A DNA stretch of 63,592 nt, filler included, from Nemertoderma westbladi (lineage: Eukaryota > Animalia > Xenacoelomorpha): the NCBI GenBank assembly GCA_032718475.1. It is 4 parts of 4 records of this genome, joined end to end, with 100 filler letters (N's around TTAATTAATTAA, not from the genome) between each part and the next. Parts side by side here need not be neighbours in the genome. Positions count along the whole stretch, not along the records: positions 56,315 to 63,592 come from JAUCBJ010001550.1; 3 more parts are not named here. The stretch is one strand, 5' to 3'. Each line of letters begins with the position of its first letter. Within the stretch, counting starts at the first letter, position 1. Position numbers and translations under genes: made by a program. Of this stretch, positions 62,243 through 63,592 are shown in pieces. The notes under the pieces were generated by a model that was not told where the DNA came from, searched no databases, and saw only the letters and a list, made by a program, of their open reading frames with translations.

Positions 62243-63592
62243 AATCCTTGTGGCCGCTTCCGTCAGCTCTTCACCCGCCCCCACGACAACGGACTCGTGA
62301 TAAACCTCGCCAAGTGCGAGTTTGGTCGGTCGACAATCGACTTCCTCGGCCACAGAAACACTCAGAATGGCGCCGTTCCGCTCCCCGACAAGGTCGCCGC
62401 AATCTGGGAGTTCGCCCAGCCGTCCACCATCAAGGGTCTACAAGAGTTCATGGGGATGGTAAACTTCTACCATCTGTTCATCCCCCAGCCGCCGCCATCA
62501 TGCGGCCCCTCTATGCTGCGTGCTAACCTTGCTGGTAAGCCTAAAACTCTCGTCTGGACTCCCGAGATGGTGGTTGCGTTCTGGAACGCCAAGGAGGCCC
62601 TCGCCCACGCAACGATGATGGCCCACTACTGGCAAACTCCTGTACGAGGTCTCCCTCGGCCATCCACGCCCAGCCGTTTCAGTCACCTGGCGACGGCGTG
62701 TCTTTGAAACCGTGCACAGCCTGTATCACCGCGGCGCTCGTTCCACAAGAAACTCGTCACTGACAGGTTCGTGTGGCACGGCCTCAATAAGCAGGTAGGC
62801 TAGTGGGTTAGGACATGCATCCCTTGCGAGGCCTCAAGGTGCAGCGTCACGTCCGCGCTCCCCTCGGCACCTTCGAGAAACCCCACTGCCGGTTCGACCA
62901 CATCCAGGTGGATTTGGTCGGTCCCCTACCTCCGTCCAGTGGTTACACACACCTCCTTTCTGTGGTGGACCGATTTACTCGGTGGCCAGAGGCCATGCCC
63001 CTCAACGAGACGTCCACTGACAGCTCCGCCCAGGTTATAATCGTGAATTGGATTGCCCGGTTTGGCGTTCCCGCGGACCTCTCATCCGATTGCGGGTCGC
63101 AGTTGACCTCCAAGCTCTGGGTCGGTCATTAACCAGTTACTGGGCACCCAACTCCATCGCACTACAGCCTACCACCCGCAGGCGAACGGAGTGCTGGAAC
63201 GCTTCCACCGCCACCTTAAGTCCGCCCTCCGCGCCAAACTCACCAGCCGCAGCACCGATTGGGCCGTGAGTCCTGCTGGGCATCAGAACTGATCCCAAAT
63301 ACGACTTGGGGACCTCCTCCGCCGAGCTGGTCTATGGTGCCCCTCTCACCATCCCGGGCGAGTTCCTCCCACCGGCTACGGGCGCCCAACACTCGCCATC
63401 CACGATCATCCCTCAACTCCGAGAGACAGACGGACGGTTCGCCTCGGTACAGAAGTCCCACCATGGACTGACTCCATCATCATCCGAACCTCCACCATGC
63501 TACCTACGTATTTGTCGGGCGCGATTGATTCCCACCGGACACCACTTGAACGCCCCTACAAGGTTCTCGCGACCGGACACAAAACATTTGAG
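62243..63592 (+). mobile_element. Degenerate Ty3/Gypsy pol fragment (RT end, RNase H largely deleted, integrase)
   Basis: NGLVINLAKCEFG...FLGH, LQEFMGMVNFY, RFDHIQVDLVGPLP...VDRFTRWPEA, SSDCGSQ, AYHPQANG.LERFHR. Confidence 0.9.

Overview
Repeat-rich invertebrate (metazoan) nuclear DNA. The window is four contigs joined by artificial 100-bp spacers (44 N + TTAATTAATTAA + 44 N at 20340, 38416 and 56215), so adjacency across the gaps is unproven. Host genes: an intronless B-type lamin (5' end off-window), an intronless CIR1 whose tail runs into a 30-bp array, a two-exon kelch/KLHL2-3 orthologue, a candidate protamine-like precursor, 3-4 exons of a divergent annexin (not visible as such in the ORF track), an isolated Ig-domain exon, and two initiator tRNA-Met genes. 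Mobile DNA: a BEL/Pao element with its 3' LTR, nested L2/CR1-type LINEs, five copies of one RTE family, Penelope and Gypsy remnants, Harbinger, hAT and other MITEs, and a probable SINE. The most striking structure is a ~6.4-kb, 104-bp satellite with higher-order repeats, lying between the primer-binding site and the gag start of a Gypsy element. All calls come from reading the sequence; no searches were run.
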